Assembly (NCBI GenBank): GCA_043817315.1
Contig: JBDRGY010000001.1
Location: 78,702-142,701, forward strand
DNA: 64,000 nucleotides
From: Patescibacteria group bacterium
GTDB taxonomy: Bacteria; Patescibacteriota; Patescibacteriia; JBDRGY01
Reading direction: 5' to 3'
The notes beneath the pieces were generated by a model, which was not told where the DNA came from, did not search any database, and was given only the letters and a program-made list of their open reading frames with translations. A program made the position numbers and the translations under genes. This document shows positions 46,045-57,075 of the stretch, piece by piece. The number at the start of each line of letters is the position of its first letter. The first letter of the stretch is position 1.

Positions 46045-47121
46045 ATGCCATCAACAAAGATAATTACACTTGCCGTATTTTTACTGGTAATAATAATGGG
46101 AGGATTTTTCGTATTCTTTGCCAATAGTCAGGATGAAACCATACTGAACCAGCCTCCGGTCGAAAGTGCTAACAGCCTAGTTAATCAGATAGCTATGGCT
46201 TGCCAGGATCAGGGCAATTGGGGCTTATACATGCAAGACCAGGCGGGGGGAAAGACTTCACTAATTGTAGACAGCGCTCAAAATGAACTAGCACCAATTA
46301 TTGAGCCCTCCAATAACAGTCTCATCTATATTTTAGAAGAAGAAATATACAACCGAATTGCTGAATATTCCTTGATTAATCAAGAAAAAAACAACTTGAT
46401 CTTTACCAAGAATGATATCTCTACCATAAAGTTATCACCCAATGGCCGCCGGCTACTTTATACGGAAAATTCAGATGGTGGGCAAGATCTTTTCTATTAT
46501 GATGCCGACCTGGATCAGTTGAACAAAGTGAGCGGCGAAGTTGTCTCTTTTGGCTGGTTCTTAGACAGTAATAAATTTGTTTACATAAGAGACAATAAGA
46601 TGTTACTAGCCACCATAAACCCTATTTCCAACGAACTGGATAAAGATCTAGAGATTGTGGAAGGGATAGCCAGTCCCCAGGCAGTGCCCGGTGCTTCTGA
46701 CCTTTTTATTGCGGCCAAACAGACTGATGACGGCATCAGTTTAGTTTTGGTAGATACCAAACAAAAAACCATTAAAGATTTCTCGCAAATTGAATTTGCA
46801 CCGGATAGTAATAGCACTTTTAACATGACCTACGCTCCCGATCAGTCGTATATTATCTTATCTATCATCAATCAGGCAAACCAAAAAGCAAAAGTCTGGT
46901 TAATTAACAGAACAGGTCAAACCGTCCAGGGAGTCCTTAGCGATGTTATGGCACCTATCTGGTCATCGGATAGTCAGTATCTTCTTTATAGCAAAGTTGA
47001 TGCTGAGAGTAACCAAAATATCTGGTCGTACAATATAGTAACTAAAGAGGAAGAACAGTTGACCTCACTAAACAACTGTCAATCTCCCAATGTTGCTTCT
47101 TCACTGACTAACAAAAAATAA
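46045..47121 (+). CDS. TolB-like (PD40) beta-propeller, N-anchored
   Basis: LSPNGRRLLY, APIWSSDSQYLLY, EEQLT repeats. Confidence 0.7.
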   Translation: MPSTKIITLAVFLLVIIMGGFFVFFANSQDETILNQPPVESANSLVNQIAMACQDQGNWGLYMQDQAGGKTSLIVDSAQNELAPIIEPSNNSLIYILEEEIYNRIAEYSLINQEKNNLIFTKNDISTIKLSPNGRRLLYTENSDGGQDLFYYDADLDQLNKVSGEVVSFGWFLDSNKFVYIRDNKMLLATINPISNELDKDLEIVEGIASPQAVPGASDLFIAAKQTDDGISLVLVDTKQKTIKDFSQIEFAPDSNSTFNMTYAPDQSYIILSIINQANQKAKVWLINRTGQTVQGVLSDVMAPIWSSDSQYLLYSKVDAESNQNIWSYNIVTKEEEQLTSLNNCQSPNVASSLTNKK

Positions 47122-47125
47122 CAAT

Positions 47126-47890
47126 ATGCTACTGATTAACAGATTGATTCCAATAGTAGGCACTATAGTGATCTGGATTTCTATGGAGAGTATTGTCTTA
47201 GCACCTAACCATTGGTACCTTTTTGCAATCCTGTTGGTGGTAGTCATAACAATATTGACCCTGAGAATTTTTGCTTGGCAATATCACAAAAAAGAGTTTT
47301 GGGGTTTCTTATCATCCATATTATTACTGATAACCAGTTCCATTTTTTTTCTTTTTTTCATCGATGGCAGTATCGCTAGGCTAAGCTTCATAGTGGCCAC
47401 CAGTATCCTGGGGGGTTTTTATCTCAATAATATATTTCTCTATTTACACAGACCCAAATCTTATCAAGCTTATGCTCTGCAGAACGTTTCTGGTTATCTA
47501 AACCTTATTTCATTATTTCTTTTTTCCAGTAGTCTATTTAGCACCATCGTCTTCCTTAACGTCCCAGTCTATCTGTTAATTGTCCTTTTCTTCATTGTAA
47601 CTTACGCTTTGATCGCGCAGAGCTTCTGGGTTAATTCGATAGATATTGATAAAAGTAAGATATTTCTACTGGTCATGGCATTCTTGATGACTGAATTGTT
47701 CTGGTCTGCCCACTATCTACCGACTAGCTTTTTTGTAAACGGTCTTGTTCTAACCCTGATTTTTTACATGATCCAGCAGCTTGGTTTAAACTATTTTTCA
47801 GGAAAAGATGAACCGGCCACTATCAAAAGGACTTTATTAATAGGCAGTAGTATGATAGTATTACTACTAGTTTTTGCTCAATGGACTTAA
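47126..47890 (+). CDS. Polytopic membrane protein (DUF5656-like)
   Basis: About 8-9 TM helices; ELFW..YLP motif. Confidence 0.6.
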   Translation: MLLINRLIPIVGTIVIWISMESIVLAPNHWYLFAILLVVVITILTLRIFAWQYHKKEFWGFLSSILLLITSSIFFLFFIDGSIARLSFIVATSILGGFYLNNIFLYLHRPKSYQAYALQNVSGYLNLISLFLFSSSLFSTIVFLNVPVYLLIVLFFIVTYALIAQSFWVNSIDIDKSKIFLLVMAFLMTELFWSAHYLPTSFFVNGLVLTLIFYMIQQLGLNYFSGKDEPATIKRTLLIGSSMIVLLLVFAQWT

Positions 47891-47894
47891 TGAA

Positions 47895-49136
47895 ATGAAA
47901 TTAATACCAACCCCAACTTCACCAAAAAAGCTACGTTCCAAGCAAGAGATAGAAAAATTCTACAAAACAGAAGATTTGAAATCAATCAAACAGCCTAACA
48001 GAAAGTGGCGTAGTTCAGTATTACTGGCAGTGGTCTTAGCTGCTATTTTTGGTTTTTTAGGAGGAGTAATTGGCGAGATAATAATAAATTCTTATATTCT
48101 TACCGAATCGGACATTCTAGAACAACTATATCTGGGAAAAAATACTACCAGTACTGTGACAACAGTCAAAAAAGATAAAAGTGAGCAGACGGTAACCTCT
48201 GAAACTATTAGCCGGGTTTCTAATAACTTGGTAGCCATCTATCAACAAAAAGAGGAAGGCTACTATCTGGCCAACCAGACCCTGGGCAGCGGAGTGATCT
48301 TAACCAGCGACGGTCTGGGAGTAACCACTAATGAGGTTATTACTGATCCGCAGTCAGATTTGGTGGTAATAACCCCAGCCAGAAAAATTTATACCATTAC
48401 CCATGTTTATGAGGACCCTATCAGCCCTTTGGTCTTCTTTAAATTTTCCGAAACTGGTTTGTCAGTGGCCGAACTAGTTAACCGACAGGATATTAGTTTG
48501 GGTGAGGAGTTGCTGGGGGTGCAAAACGTGATTGATAGCTCCCAGCGACAGGTTTTTTCCACCAAGGTAGCTCGTCTGTACTGGCATCCCGAAAATGGAT
48601 CGACTATCAGTTCATCAGAGAAATTAGCTGATTATCTTCGGGTTCACCCTGGACTTCCAGTCGATAGTTTATCGACTTCAATTGTTGACAGCTCAGGAAA
48701 GTTGGTTGGTATCTATTATACCAATCAGTCGACTTACCAAGCGGTTATCAGCTCAGATCTGATCAATTCTGCTTTGGATAGTATTTTGAACAACAATGAG
48801 ATAATTCGTCAATATTTAGGTGTCAATTACCTGGATCTATCGCAGATTTTAGATCCCGGGGGAGATGACAGTCACGGCTTAAAAAAGGGCGTTCTAATTA
48901 CTGGCGATGAATCTAGCGGAACTGTTGCCGTTCTGGCTGATAGTCCTGCTGAGGAATCAGGCATTACCTGGGGAGATATTATTCTAAGCATAGAGGAAGT
49001 AGAGATCAACCAGAAGAATTCTTTACCCAGCTTAATTCAGCAATGGCCCCTGGATCAGCCCCTGGAGTTTGAAATCCTACGCGACGGAAAAGAGAAGAAG
49101 ATTTCAGTTACCCTAACTAAGATAAACGAGCAATAA
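47895..49136 (+). CDS. HtrA/DegP-like protein with PDZ domain, catalytic residues degenerate
   Basis: LGSGVILTSDG, then TTNEVI (His absent); GNSGG replaced by DSLSTS; GKLVGI; YLGV..SPAEESGI..GDII PDZ. Confidence 0.75.
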   Translation: MKLIPTPTSPKKLRSKQEIEKFYKTEDLKSIKQPNRKWRSSVLLAVVLAAIFGFLGGVIGEIIINSYILTESDILEQLYLGKNTTSTVTTVKKDKSEQTVTSETISRVSNNLVAIYQQKEEGYYLANQTLGSGVILTSDGLGVTTNEVITDPQSDLVVITPARKIYTITHVYEDPISPLVFFKFSETGLSVAELVNRQDISLGEELLGVQNVIDSSQRQVFSTKVARLYWHPENGSTISSSEKLADYLRVHPGLPVDSLSTSIVDSSGKLVGIYYTNQSTYQAVISSDLINSALDSILNNNEIIRQYLGVNYLDLSQILDPGGDDSHGLKKGVLITGDESSGTVAVLADSPAEESGITWGDIILSIEEVEINQKNSLPSLIQQWPLDQPLEFEILRDGKEKKISVTLTKINEQ

Positions 49137-49140
49137 AAAT

Positions 49141-51387
49141 ATGAAAAAAATATTTTCGACAATATTAGTCTTCATCTTTCTTTTTAGTTTCTTAATGCCC
49201 CAAGAAGTTTTTGCCAGAGAGGCCAAGACTGATTATCAGGCCTACATTGTAAAGTTTGCCGATAAGGACGAAATTACCAAAATGCATTTTTATTCCCAGG
49301 AAGAGGGCTATCAAATTATGAATAAAATTTCTCCGGATCGTCAGATAGAATACTTAGAACCTGATTATCCTATGTTTGCCAGCTTAGAAACCGATGATCC
49401 GGAGTATTCCAGACAATGGGCCTTTCCCCATATCAATGTACCTTCAGCCTGGGAGGAAACCACCGGAGATGATATTGTCATTGCCGTATTGGATTCGGGG
49501 GTAGATCTGGATCACCCCGACCTTGAAGGTAATCTATGGTCCAACGATGACGAAATTGCCGGCAATGGTATCGATGATGACAGCAACGGATACATAGATG
49601 ATGTCCTGGGCTGGGACTTTGTTGACGATGATAATGATCCCAACCCTGATTTATCAGAATACGACACTTATGTTAACACCAATAATTACCAAACTTGGTA
49701 TAGTGGCGTTAATCATGGCACTGTGGTAGCTGGACAAGTTGCTGCCATAGGCAACAACACAACTGGTATTGTCGGTGTAGCCTTTGATGCTAACATAATG
49801 GCTATCCGCACCCTTAACAGTCTGGGTGTTGGCTCCACTTCTTCGGTGGCCCAGGGAATTGATTTTGCAGTTGCCATGGGTGCAGATATTGTTAACCTGA
49901 GTTTTACCGGTAATGATACCAATGCCACTTTGCAAAATTCATTACAGAACGCCGCGGATAAAGGTGTCTTAATTGTGGCAGCCGCTGGAAATAATGATAA
50001 GAATTTAAATGATACCCCGGTTTATCCTGCCTGTAGCGATACCGGAGACGATAATATAGTATTGGGAGTGGCCTCGGTTGATGACGACAATCAAAAACCG
50101 AGCTGGTCTAATTATGGAGATGATTGTATCGATATAGCAGCCCCCGGAACCAATATATACAGCACAGTCGTATATAACACCGAAAAGTCCTTATCCGATT
50201 ATTATAGCAGTGGTTGGTATGGAACTTCAGTGTCAGCTCCTTTGGTTTCCGGAGTAGCGGCTTTAGTCAAGGCCAAGTTTCCTACTGCCACTAATTCTGA
50301 AATTATGGAAACCATTATTGATCATGCCGTAAGTCTGGATGGGGATAATCCTGATTATGTCGGGCAGCTGGGTGGCTTAATTGATGCCCATCAAAGCTTG
50401 GGCGTCCAGGAGATAGTGAGTATTGAGCCTTCTTTACTGGTAGCCGGAGCAGGATATGGGGGAGGTCCCCAGGTCAGGATATTTGATAGAGGAGGAAATT
50501 TAAGCTCGCAGTTCTTTGCTTTTGCTGAGGATTTTCGGGGCGGAGTCAATGTGGCCTTTGGCGACCTGGATCAGGATGACCAATTTGAAGTAATCGCTGG
50601 TGCTGGCCAAGGCGGAGGGCCCCAGGTACGGGTTTTTGACCAGGACGGTAATTTGTTATCACAATTCTTTGCTTATGACGAAAGTTTTCGAGGTGGCGTT
50701 AATGTAGCTTTGGGTGATGTTGACCAGGATGACCAAAATGAGATTATTACCGGAGCGGGTAACGGTGGTGGTCCTCAAGTGCGGGTTTTCGATACCGAGG
50801 GAAATTTGGAAAATCAATTTTTTGCCTATGGCGAGAATTTTAGAGGCGGTGTCTATGTCAATACAGGAGACTTGGATGGGGATGGAACTGATGAAATATT
50901 GACCGGAACCGGTAACGGAGGAGGACCCCAGGTACGAACTTTTGACGGTTATGGTAATGCAGTTTTTACACCCGGATTTTTCGCCTATGCCGAACATTTC
51001 CGAGGTGGGGTCTTGGTTTCAGCTGGAGATCTAAACGGTGACGGACTGGACGAAATCGTGACTGGTACCGGAGTTTCCGGCGGCCCTCACGTAAGAACCT
51101 TCGACAGATTTGGTAATGCAGTTTTTACACCCGGATTTTTTGCCTATGCCGAGCACTTCCGAGGCGGGGTCTTGGTTTCAGTCGGTGATTTAGATGGTGA
51201 TGGTACCGAGGAAATAATAACCGGCACTGGTTACGGCGGTGGCCCTCATGTCAGAACCTTTGATCGTTATGGAAACGCTGTTTTTACCCCAGGATTTTTT
51301 GCCTTCGCCGAAAACTTCCGAGGTGGAGTCAATGTTGCCTCCAGCCCTGGGATTACTACCACTACTTATCAATACGGCTTAGATTAG
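49141..51387 (+). CDS. Secreted subtilisin-family (S8) serine protease with C-terminal FG-GAP repeats
   Basis: VLDSG, HGT, AAAGN, GTSVSAP triad motifs; GGGPQVRxF / FRGGVxVxxGDxD repeats. Confidence 0.9.
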   Translation: MKKIFSTILVFIFLFSFLMPQEVFAREAKTDYQAYIVKFADKDEITKMHFYSQEEGYQIMNKISPDRQIEYLEPDYPMFASLETDDPEYSRQWAFPHINVPSAWEETTGDDIVIAVLDSGVDLDHPDLEGNLWSNDDEIAGNGIDDDSNGYIDDVLGWDFVDDDNDPNPDLSEYDTYVNTNNYQTWYSGVNHGTVVAGQVAAIGNNTTGIVGVAFDANIMAIRTLNSLGVGSTSSVAQGIDFAVAMGADIVNLSFTGNDTNATLQNSLQNAADKGVLIVAAAGNNDKNLNDTPVYPACSDTGDDNIVLGVASVDDDNQKPSWSNYGDDCIDIAAPGTNIYSTVVYNTEKSLSDYYSSGWYGTSVSAPLVSGVAALVKAKFPTATNSEIMETIIDHAVSLDGDNPDYVGQLGGLIDAHQSLGVQEIVSIEPSLLVAGAGYGGGPQVRIFDRGGNLSSQFFAFAEDFRGGVNVAFGDLDQDDQFEVIAGAGQGGGPQVRVFDQDGNLLSQFFAYDESFRGGVNVALGDVDQDDQNEIITGAGNGGGPQVRVFDTEGNLENQFFAYGENFRGGVYVNTGDLDGDGTDEILTGTGNGGGPQVRTFDGYGNAVFTPGFFAYAEHFRGGVLVSAGDLNGDGLDEIVTGTGVSGGPHVRTFDRFGNAVFTPGFFAYAEHFRGGVLVSVGDLDGDGTEEIITGTGYGGGPHVRTFDRYGNAVFTPGFFAFAENFRGGVNVASSPGITTTTYQYGLD
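50952..51340 (+). repeat. 159-bp-period internal repeats in the FG-GAP region
   Basis: tggtaatgcagtttttacacccggattttt... at 50952 and 51111, with a third diverged copy near 51270. Confidence 0.75.
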
Positions 51388-51402
51388 TGATTATAAACTA
51401 GG

Positions 51403-51834
51403 ATGAAAAAATTATTAGCCAAACATCCTAACTTTATTCAATTTACTAAATTTTGTATTGTTGGTGCTTCTGGTGCGGCGGTCGATTTTGGGATTTATAC
51501 CTTGCTAAGAAAAGTGGTAGGTATGAATGAAATTCCGGCCACTGCCATTTCTGTCCCCTTAGCCATTTTGAATAACTTCATTTGGAATAAATACTGGACA
51601 TTTAAAAGGGGAAAATCACAACAGAGTTATCAAGAATCTGTTAAGTTTTTCGTGGTAAGTATGATTAACTATTTTATACATTTGGCGATTTTTAAAGGGT
51701 TGTTGGATTATACTTCCATTAAGCAATTACTCAGCAACAACGGAGACTATCTGGCCAAAACTATAGCAATTGGTGTAGTGATGATTTCCAATTATATTGG
51801 TAATAAATACTGGACTTTTCGCATAAAATCTTAG
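51403..51834 (+). CDS. GtrA-family flippase-like membrane protein
   Basis: QFTKFCIVG..VDF; NNFIWNKYWTF duplicated at the C-terminus. Confidence 0.88.
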   Translation: MKKLLAKHPNFIQFTKFCIVGASGAAVDFGIYTLLRKVVGMNEIPATAISVPLAILNNFIWNKYWTFKRGKSQQSYQESVKFFVVSMINYFIHLAIFKGLLDYTSIKQLLSNNGDYLAKTIAIGVVMISNYIGNKYWTFRIKS

Positions 51835-51858
51835 CTGATATTAGCTATTTTTACTGCA

Positions 51859-51887
51859 TTGAAAAAGTAGATATTTTTTGTTATACT
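51859..51887 (+). promoter_or_regulatory. sigma70 promoter for the glycan operon
   Basis: TTGAAA-17bp-TATACT with extended-10 TG. Confidence 0.6.
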
Positions 51888-51926
51888 GACTTTACCCAGA
51901 ATCATTAAATATTGAATAATTATTTG

Positions 51927-52631
51927 ATGAACTTCTCACTTTCAATCGTTATTCCGGTTTATAATGAAGCGGCCAGAATTACCAAAAGCCTGGAGAAAAT
52001 AATCAAGTATTTTGAAAGAGATGATTATGAAATACTGATAATTGACGATGGTTCTTCGGATAGAACTCTGGATATAGTTCGCTCATTTAGAAACAATCGG
52101 ATCAGAATATTACGCAATGAAGTCAATTTAGGCAAGGGTTATTCTGTTAAAAAGGGAGTGTTAGCCGCTACCAAGAGTCATATTCTATTTTCTGACGCCG
52201 ATCTATCAACCCCCATTGCCGAATTTGAAAAATTCAAGCCCTATCTAAAAAGTCATGATATATTAATTGGTTCCAGGGCTATGACTAATTCTGATGTTAA
52301 GGTTCGTCAACCGATATATAAGGTGATCCTGGGCCGACTGGGCAATCTGATGATCCGCCTGCTGGCGGTTAAGGGAATCCAGGATACCCAGTGTGGTTTC
52401 AAGTTGTTTAACCGTCAGAGTAAAAAGTTATTTACCAAATCAACCATCTATCGTTGGGGGTTTGATTTCGAGATATTGTACATTGCCCAAAAGCAGAAAT
52501 TGAATATTAAAGAAATTCCGGTTGTCTGGGTAAACGATCCCAGAAGTAAGGTCAAAAAAATCGATTATCTGATTACCTTTTACGATTTAATAAAAATAAG
52601 AATTAATAATATTTTAGGAAAGTACAAATAA
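51927..52631 (+). CDS. GT2 polyprenyl-phosphate glycosyltransferase (dolichyl-P beta-glucosyltransferase-like)
   Basis: IPVYNE, IDDGSSD, GKGYSV, DAD, DTQCGFK, WGFDFE. Confidence 0.88.
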   Translation: MNFSLSIVIPVYNEAARITKSLEKIIKYFERDDYEILIIDDGSSDRTLDIVRSFRNNRIRILRNEVNLGKGYSVKKGVLAATKSHILFSDADLSTPIAEFEKFKPYLKSHDILIGSRAMTNSDVKVRQPIYKVILGRLGNLMIRLLAVKGIQDTQCGFKLFNRQSKKLFTKSTIYRWGFDFEILYIAQKQKLNIKEIPVVWVNDPRSKVKKIDYLITFYDLIKIRINNILGKYK

Positions 52632-52633
52632 TT

Positions 52634-53656
52634 ATGGCTAGACCGAAACCAATTTTTGAAAAAAAGAACATATTAATCACGGGTGGAGCCGGGTTTATCG
52701 GTTCTCACCTTTGTGATGAACTGATAAAGAAAAACCGGGTGATCTGTATTGACAATTTCTCTACCGGCAACGTTCAAAATATTGAACATCTTCTCAAAAA
52801 TCCAGATTTTAAATTTATCAAACATGATATAGCCGAACCCCTTGATCTTGACAGCTTACCTGACCTAGAACCTTTTAAAGTTGCCTTTCAAGGAGTACAG
52901 GATGTTTATAATCTGGCTTGCCCCACTTCACCCAAAGATTACAACAAATTTCCCGTGGAAACCTGTCTAGCCAATTCACATGGAACAAAAAACGCTCTCG
53001 ACTGGGTAGTCAAATACCAATCTAAGTTTTTACATCTATCAACTTCTGCTGTCTACGGCGATCCGATTGAGGACCAACCCCTGCTAGAAAAATATTGGGG
53101 CTATATAGATCCTATTGGTCCCAGATCATGTTATAACGAGGGCAAGAGGTATGCAGAATGCCTGACAACTAATTACGCTCTTACTCATAAGATCGCCATA
53201 AAGATTGCCAGGGTATTCAACACTTATGGGCCTCGGATGAGATTAACAGACGGACGCATGATTCCCGACTTTGTCACTGCCGCAATCGAAAATAAGGATT
53301 TGATAATCTACGGAGATGGCAAACAAGTTAGTTCCTACTGTTATATTGATGATTTAGTCGAGGGCATAATCAAATTCATGAATGCAGAAATTACTGGTCC
53401 GATCAATATGGGAAGTCCTAAGGTATATACAATCCTGGATATTGCCAATAAAATAATCGAAATCACCGGCTCCGATTCCAAGATTGTTTACAAAGACCCC
53501 ATTCTCTTTCTGGCCAAACAGGGAGTGCCGGACATTACTTGGGCCAAGGAGAAGATCGGCTGGTTTCCCATTATTTCTCTGGAAGATGGACTGCAAAGGA
53601 CCATTGATTATATGAAAGGCAGCAAGGCAGTGGGTTTCGAACAGGTTAAAATATAA
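52634..53656 (+). CDS. UDP-glucuronate decarboxylase-like NAD-dependent epimerase/dehydratase
   Basis: [39 protein letters not shown]. Confidence 0.85.
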   Translation: MARPKPIFEKKNILITGGAGFIGSHLCDELIKKNRVICIDNFSTGNVQNIEHLLKNPDFKFIKHDIAEPLDLDSLPDLEPFKVAFQGVQDVYNLACPTSPKDYNKFPVETCLANSHGTKNALDWVVKYQSKFLHLSTSAVYGDPIEDQPLLEKYWGYIDPIGPRSCYNEGKRYAECLTTNYALTHKIAIKIARVFNTYGPRMRLTDGRMIPDFVTAAIENKDLIIYGDGKQVSSYCYIDDLVEGIIKFMNAEITGPINMGSPKVYTILDIANKIIEITGSDSKIVYKDPILFLAKQGVPDITWAKEKIGWFPIISLEDGLQRTIDYMKGSKAVGFEQVKI

Positions 53657-53674
53657 ATATTAAGCAAATAAAAA

Positions 53675-54841
53675 ATGACAGACACCATCAATAAAAGAAA
53701 CTATTTTTTTACTTCAGAGTCGATGACCGAGGGTCATCCCGACAAGGTTTGTGATCAGATATCTGATTCAATCTTAGATTCAATATTAAAGAAGGATAAA
53801 TACGGTCGAGTAGCCTGCGAAACTATGTGCGGCAAGGGATTTATTATTGTAACCGGTGAAATATCCACCAAGGCCTATGTCAATGTGGAGAAGATCGCCC
53901 GAGAAGTCCTTCTGGAAATTGGTTACGATAAACCGGAATACGGTTTTGATTATCAAAGTGTAGGCGTTTTAGTATCCATTAATGAGCAAAGCCAAGATAT
54001 TGCCCGGGGAGTGAAAAAAACTTCTTCAGCGCAGCAGGGAGCAGGGGATCAGGGAATGATGACTGGCTATGCCTCTAACGAAACTCTCCAAATGATGCCC
54101 CTGCCCATTATGATGGCTCATAAGTTGGCCATAGGACTAAGCCAAGCCAGAAGGAAGGGGGTTATCCCTTACCTGAGACCTGATGGCAAGACTCAAGTGA
54201 CGGTTGAATACAAATCAGGTAAGCCAGTCCGTATAGACAGTGTGGTTGTGGCCAATCAGCACGATCCGGAAGTTGCCCTCAAAAAAATTCAAAATGATAT
54301 CAGGAAAAAAGTTATTATTCCAGTTTGCGGCAAATGGCTAGATAAAAAGACAAAGGTATATATTAACAACACAGGGCGTTTCGTGATTGGGGGTCCGGTG
54401 GCTGATTCAGGCTGCACCGGTCGTAAAATCATCGTGGATACCTACGGAGGCATAGTGGGACATGGTGGAGGTGCCTTTTCCGGTAAAGATCCCACCAAAG
54501 TTGATCGCTCTGCTGCCTATATGGCTCGCTACATCGCCAAAAATGTAGTAGCAGCCGGTTTAGCCGATAAATGCGAAGTGCAATTAGCTTACGTAATCGG
54601 AGGCAATAAACCGTTGTCCATAATGATTAACACTTTGGGTACCGGTAAAATTTCCGAAAAGAGAATATTGGGATTGGTTAAGAAAAACTTCAAATTGATG
54701 CCTGGTGATATTATCAGACAGCTGGATTTATTGAGACCGATTTATCGCAAAACAGCCAATTATGGTCATTTTGGCAGAGGAGGGTTTTCTTGGGAGAAGA
54801 CTGATATGGCTGATAAATTAAAGAAACAAGCAGGGTTATGA
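53675..54841 (+). CDS. metK: S-adenosylmethionine synthetase
   Basis: [47 protein letters not shown]. Confidence 0.96.
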   Translation: MTDTINKRNYFFTSESMTEGHPDKVCDQISDSILDSILKKDKYGRVACETMCGKGFIIVTGEISTKAYVNVEKIAREVLLEIGYDKPEYGFDYQSVGVLVSINEQSQDIARGVKKTSSAQQGAGDQGMMTGYASNETLQMMPLPIMMAHKLAIGLSQARRKGVIPYLRPDGKTQVTVEYKSGKPVRIDSVVVANQHDPEVALKKIQNDIRKKVIIPVCGKWLDKKTKVYINNTGRFVIGGPVADSGCTGRKIIVDTYGGIVGHGGGAFSGKDPTKVDRSAAYMARYIAKNVVAAGLADKCEVQLAYVIGGNKPLSIMINTLGTGKISEKRILGLVKKNFKLMPGDIIRQLDLLRPIYRKTANYGHFGRGGFSWEKTDMADKLKKQAGL

Positions 54842-55764
54842 AAATATTGGTAACCGGCGGCGCTGGATTCATCGGCTCGCACCTAGTTGATAAATTAGTG
54901 ACGGAAGGTCACCAGGTGGCGGTTGTTGATGATTTGTCCAGTGGCAGCCAAGAGAATCTAAATGAGAAGGTAGATTTTCTGGAAATTGATATCAGCGATC
55001 AGTCCAAGATTAATGACTTATTGTCCAAAGAGAAGTTTGAAGTGATAGTGCACACGGCTGCTCAGAAAAACGTTCGTTATTCGGTCGACAATCCTCAATT
55101 TGATGCTGAAATAAATATTGTCGGTAGCCTCAATCTTCTGGAGGCAGGCCGCAAAGCCGGATTGCGCAAATTTATATTTTTATCAACCGGCGGAGCTATC
55201 TACGGAGATACTGATGATCGTCCTACCCCAGAATCTCATTTACCTAAGCCAGCCTCCCCATATGGCATTACCAAACTGGCAGTGGAAAATTACCTGTATT
55301 ACTACCAGTTGCAATACCAGTTGCCTTATGTAGCTTTACGCCTGTCTAACGTTTACGGTCCCAGGCAGGATCCTAAAGGTGAAGCGGGGGTAGTGGCCAT
55401 TTTTTACACCAAAATCAAACAAGGAGAACAACCGATAATAAATGGCGACGGTAAGCAAACCCGGGATTATATTTATGTAAGTGATGTGGTGGAAGCGGTT
55501 AGCCTAAGTCTTGGAGATAAAGCTCTGGGTATTTATAATGTGGGAGTATCTAAGGAGACATCGGTCAATCAACTTTTTAAAGAAATTGTTCAGTCAGTCG
55601 GTCAGGAAATTCCTGAAAAGCACGGCCCGGCCTTGCCCGGTGAGCAGCAAACCAGTTGCCTCGACATTACCAAGATCAAAGAACGATTGGGTTATCAGCC
55701 CAAGGTGGATTTGGAAGCGGGGCTTAAACAAACTAAAGAATGGTTTTATCAGAATGAAGGATAA
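54838..55764 (+). CDS. UDP-glucose 4-epimerase-like SDR
   Basis: [40 protein letters not shown]. Confidence 0.85.
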   Translation: MKILVTGGAGFIGSHLVDKLVTEGHQVAVVDDLSSGSQENLNEKVDFLEIDISDQSKINDLLSKEKFEVIVHTAAQKNVRYSVDNPQFDAEINIVGSLNLLEAGRKAGLRKFIFLSTGGAIYGDTDDRPTPESHLPKPASPYGITKLAVENYLYYYQLQYQLPYVALRLSNVYGPRQDPKGEAGVVAIFYTKIKQGEQPIINGDGKQTRDYIYVSDVVEAVSLSLGDKALGIYNVGVSKETSVNQLFKEIVQSVGQEIPEKHGPALPGEQQTSCLDITKIKERLGYQPKVDLEAGLKQTKEWFYQNEG

Positions 55765-57067
55765 TAATAAAATTTGCGTTTTAGGTACTGGCTACGTAGG
55801 TTTAGTCTCTGGCGTATGCTTTGCAGAAATGGGTAATCTGGTAACTTGTATTGACAGACATAAGGATAAAGTAGAGATGATGAGGAAAGGAAAGTCACCA
55901 ATTTTCGAACCCGGACTTTCAGAACTGATGAAAAAAAATATTAAAAAAGAGCGACTGTTTTTTGAAACTTCACTGAAAAAGGGCATGAAAGGGGCCACCA
56001 TGGTGTTTATCTGTGTGGGCACCCCGCCCAAGAAGAATGGGGAAGCTGATTTAAGCCACGTCAAAAAGGCAGCGCAGCAGATAGCCAAGAATCTCCAGAA
56101 ATACACCCAGATCGTTATTAAAAGCACGGTACCGGTAGGTACCTCAGCCATGACAGAAAGGCTCATCAGGAGGCATTGTAAGGCCGAATTCGACGTCCTA
56201 TTCTGTCCTGAGTTCTTACGGGAGGGTTCAGCCGTGGGGGATTTCTTAAAGCCGGATCGGGTGGTGATCGGAGCCACCGACAAAAAAATAGCCCGTGATT
56301 TGGTCCAGGTTTTCAAAGAATTGAAAGCTCCGATTTTCGTTACCAACCGATCCAGTTCCGAATTAATAAAATATGCCTCCAACTGTTTCCTGGCCAACAA
56401 AATCTCCTTAATCAACGAAATCGCCAATGTTTGCGAATACACCGAGGCTGACGTAGAGGAGGTGGCCCATGGTGTTGGCTTAGATAAAAGAATCGGACCT
56501 CATTTTCTAAAAGCGGGGATTGGCTACGGCGGCAGTTGTTTCCCCAAAGACGTTCATGCCCTCAATCAGTACGCCGGGGCCAAAGGATACGATTTTAAGT
56601 TATTAAAAGCGGTTATCAAGGTCAACCAACAACAAAGAGATAATTTCGTCAAAAAAATTGAGAAACGCTTGGGTAATTTAAAGGATAAAAGAATCGCTGT
56701 TCTTGGCTTGGCTTTCAAGGGCAATACAGATGATATTCGGGAGTCGGCAGCTATCGAAATCATCAAAGCCCTAACCAAAAAAGGAGCCAAAATTCAAACT
56801 TACGATCCTGAAGCCATCAATCGGGCCAAAGAAGTGCTGGACGGCCAAGTGCGGTATTTTAGAAATCCTTATTCCGCGATCCGCAATTGTGATCTGTTGG
56901 CCATAACCACAGAGTGGCCGGAATTTAAAAAATTAAGCTGGCGTAAAATCAAAACGCTTCTTAAAAACCCCATTATCCTGGACGGCAAGAATATGCTGGA
57001 CGGAGTCAAGTTGAGGAAAATGGGATTTGATTATCAGGGAGTGGGAACCAGCAACGGAACTAAATAA
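55754..57067 (+). CDS. ugd: UDP-glucose 6-dehydrogenase
   Basis: Start reassigned to ATG 55754; GTGYVG, KSTVP, PEFLREG, GYGGSCFPKD. Confidence 0.88.
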   Translation: MKDNNKICVLGTGYVGLVSGVCFAEMGNLVTCIDRHKDKVEMMRKGKSPIFEPGLSELMKKNIKKERLFFETSLKKGMKGATMVFICVGTPPKKNGEADLSHVKKAAQQIAKNLQKYTQIVIKSTVPVGTSAMTERLIRRHCKAEFDVLFCPEFLREGSAVGDFLKPDRVVIGATDKKIARDLVQVFKELKAPIFVTNRSSSELIKYASNCFLANKISLINEIANVCEYTEADVEEVAHGVGLDKRIGPHFLKAGIGYGGSCFPKDVHALNQYAGAKGYDFKLLKAVIKVNQQQRDNFVKKIEKRLGNLKDKRIAVLGLAFKGNTDDIRESAAIEIIKALTKKGAKIQTYDPEAINRAKEVLDGQVRYFRNPYSAIRNCDLLAITTEWPEFKKLSWRKIKTLLKNPIILDGKNMLDGVKLRKMGFDYQGVGTSNGTK

Positions 57068-57075
57068 TCAATACT

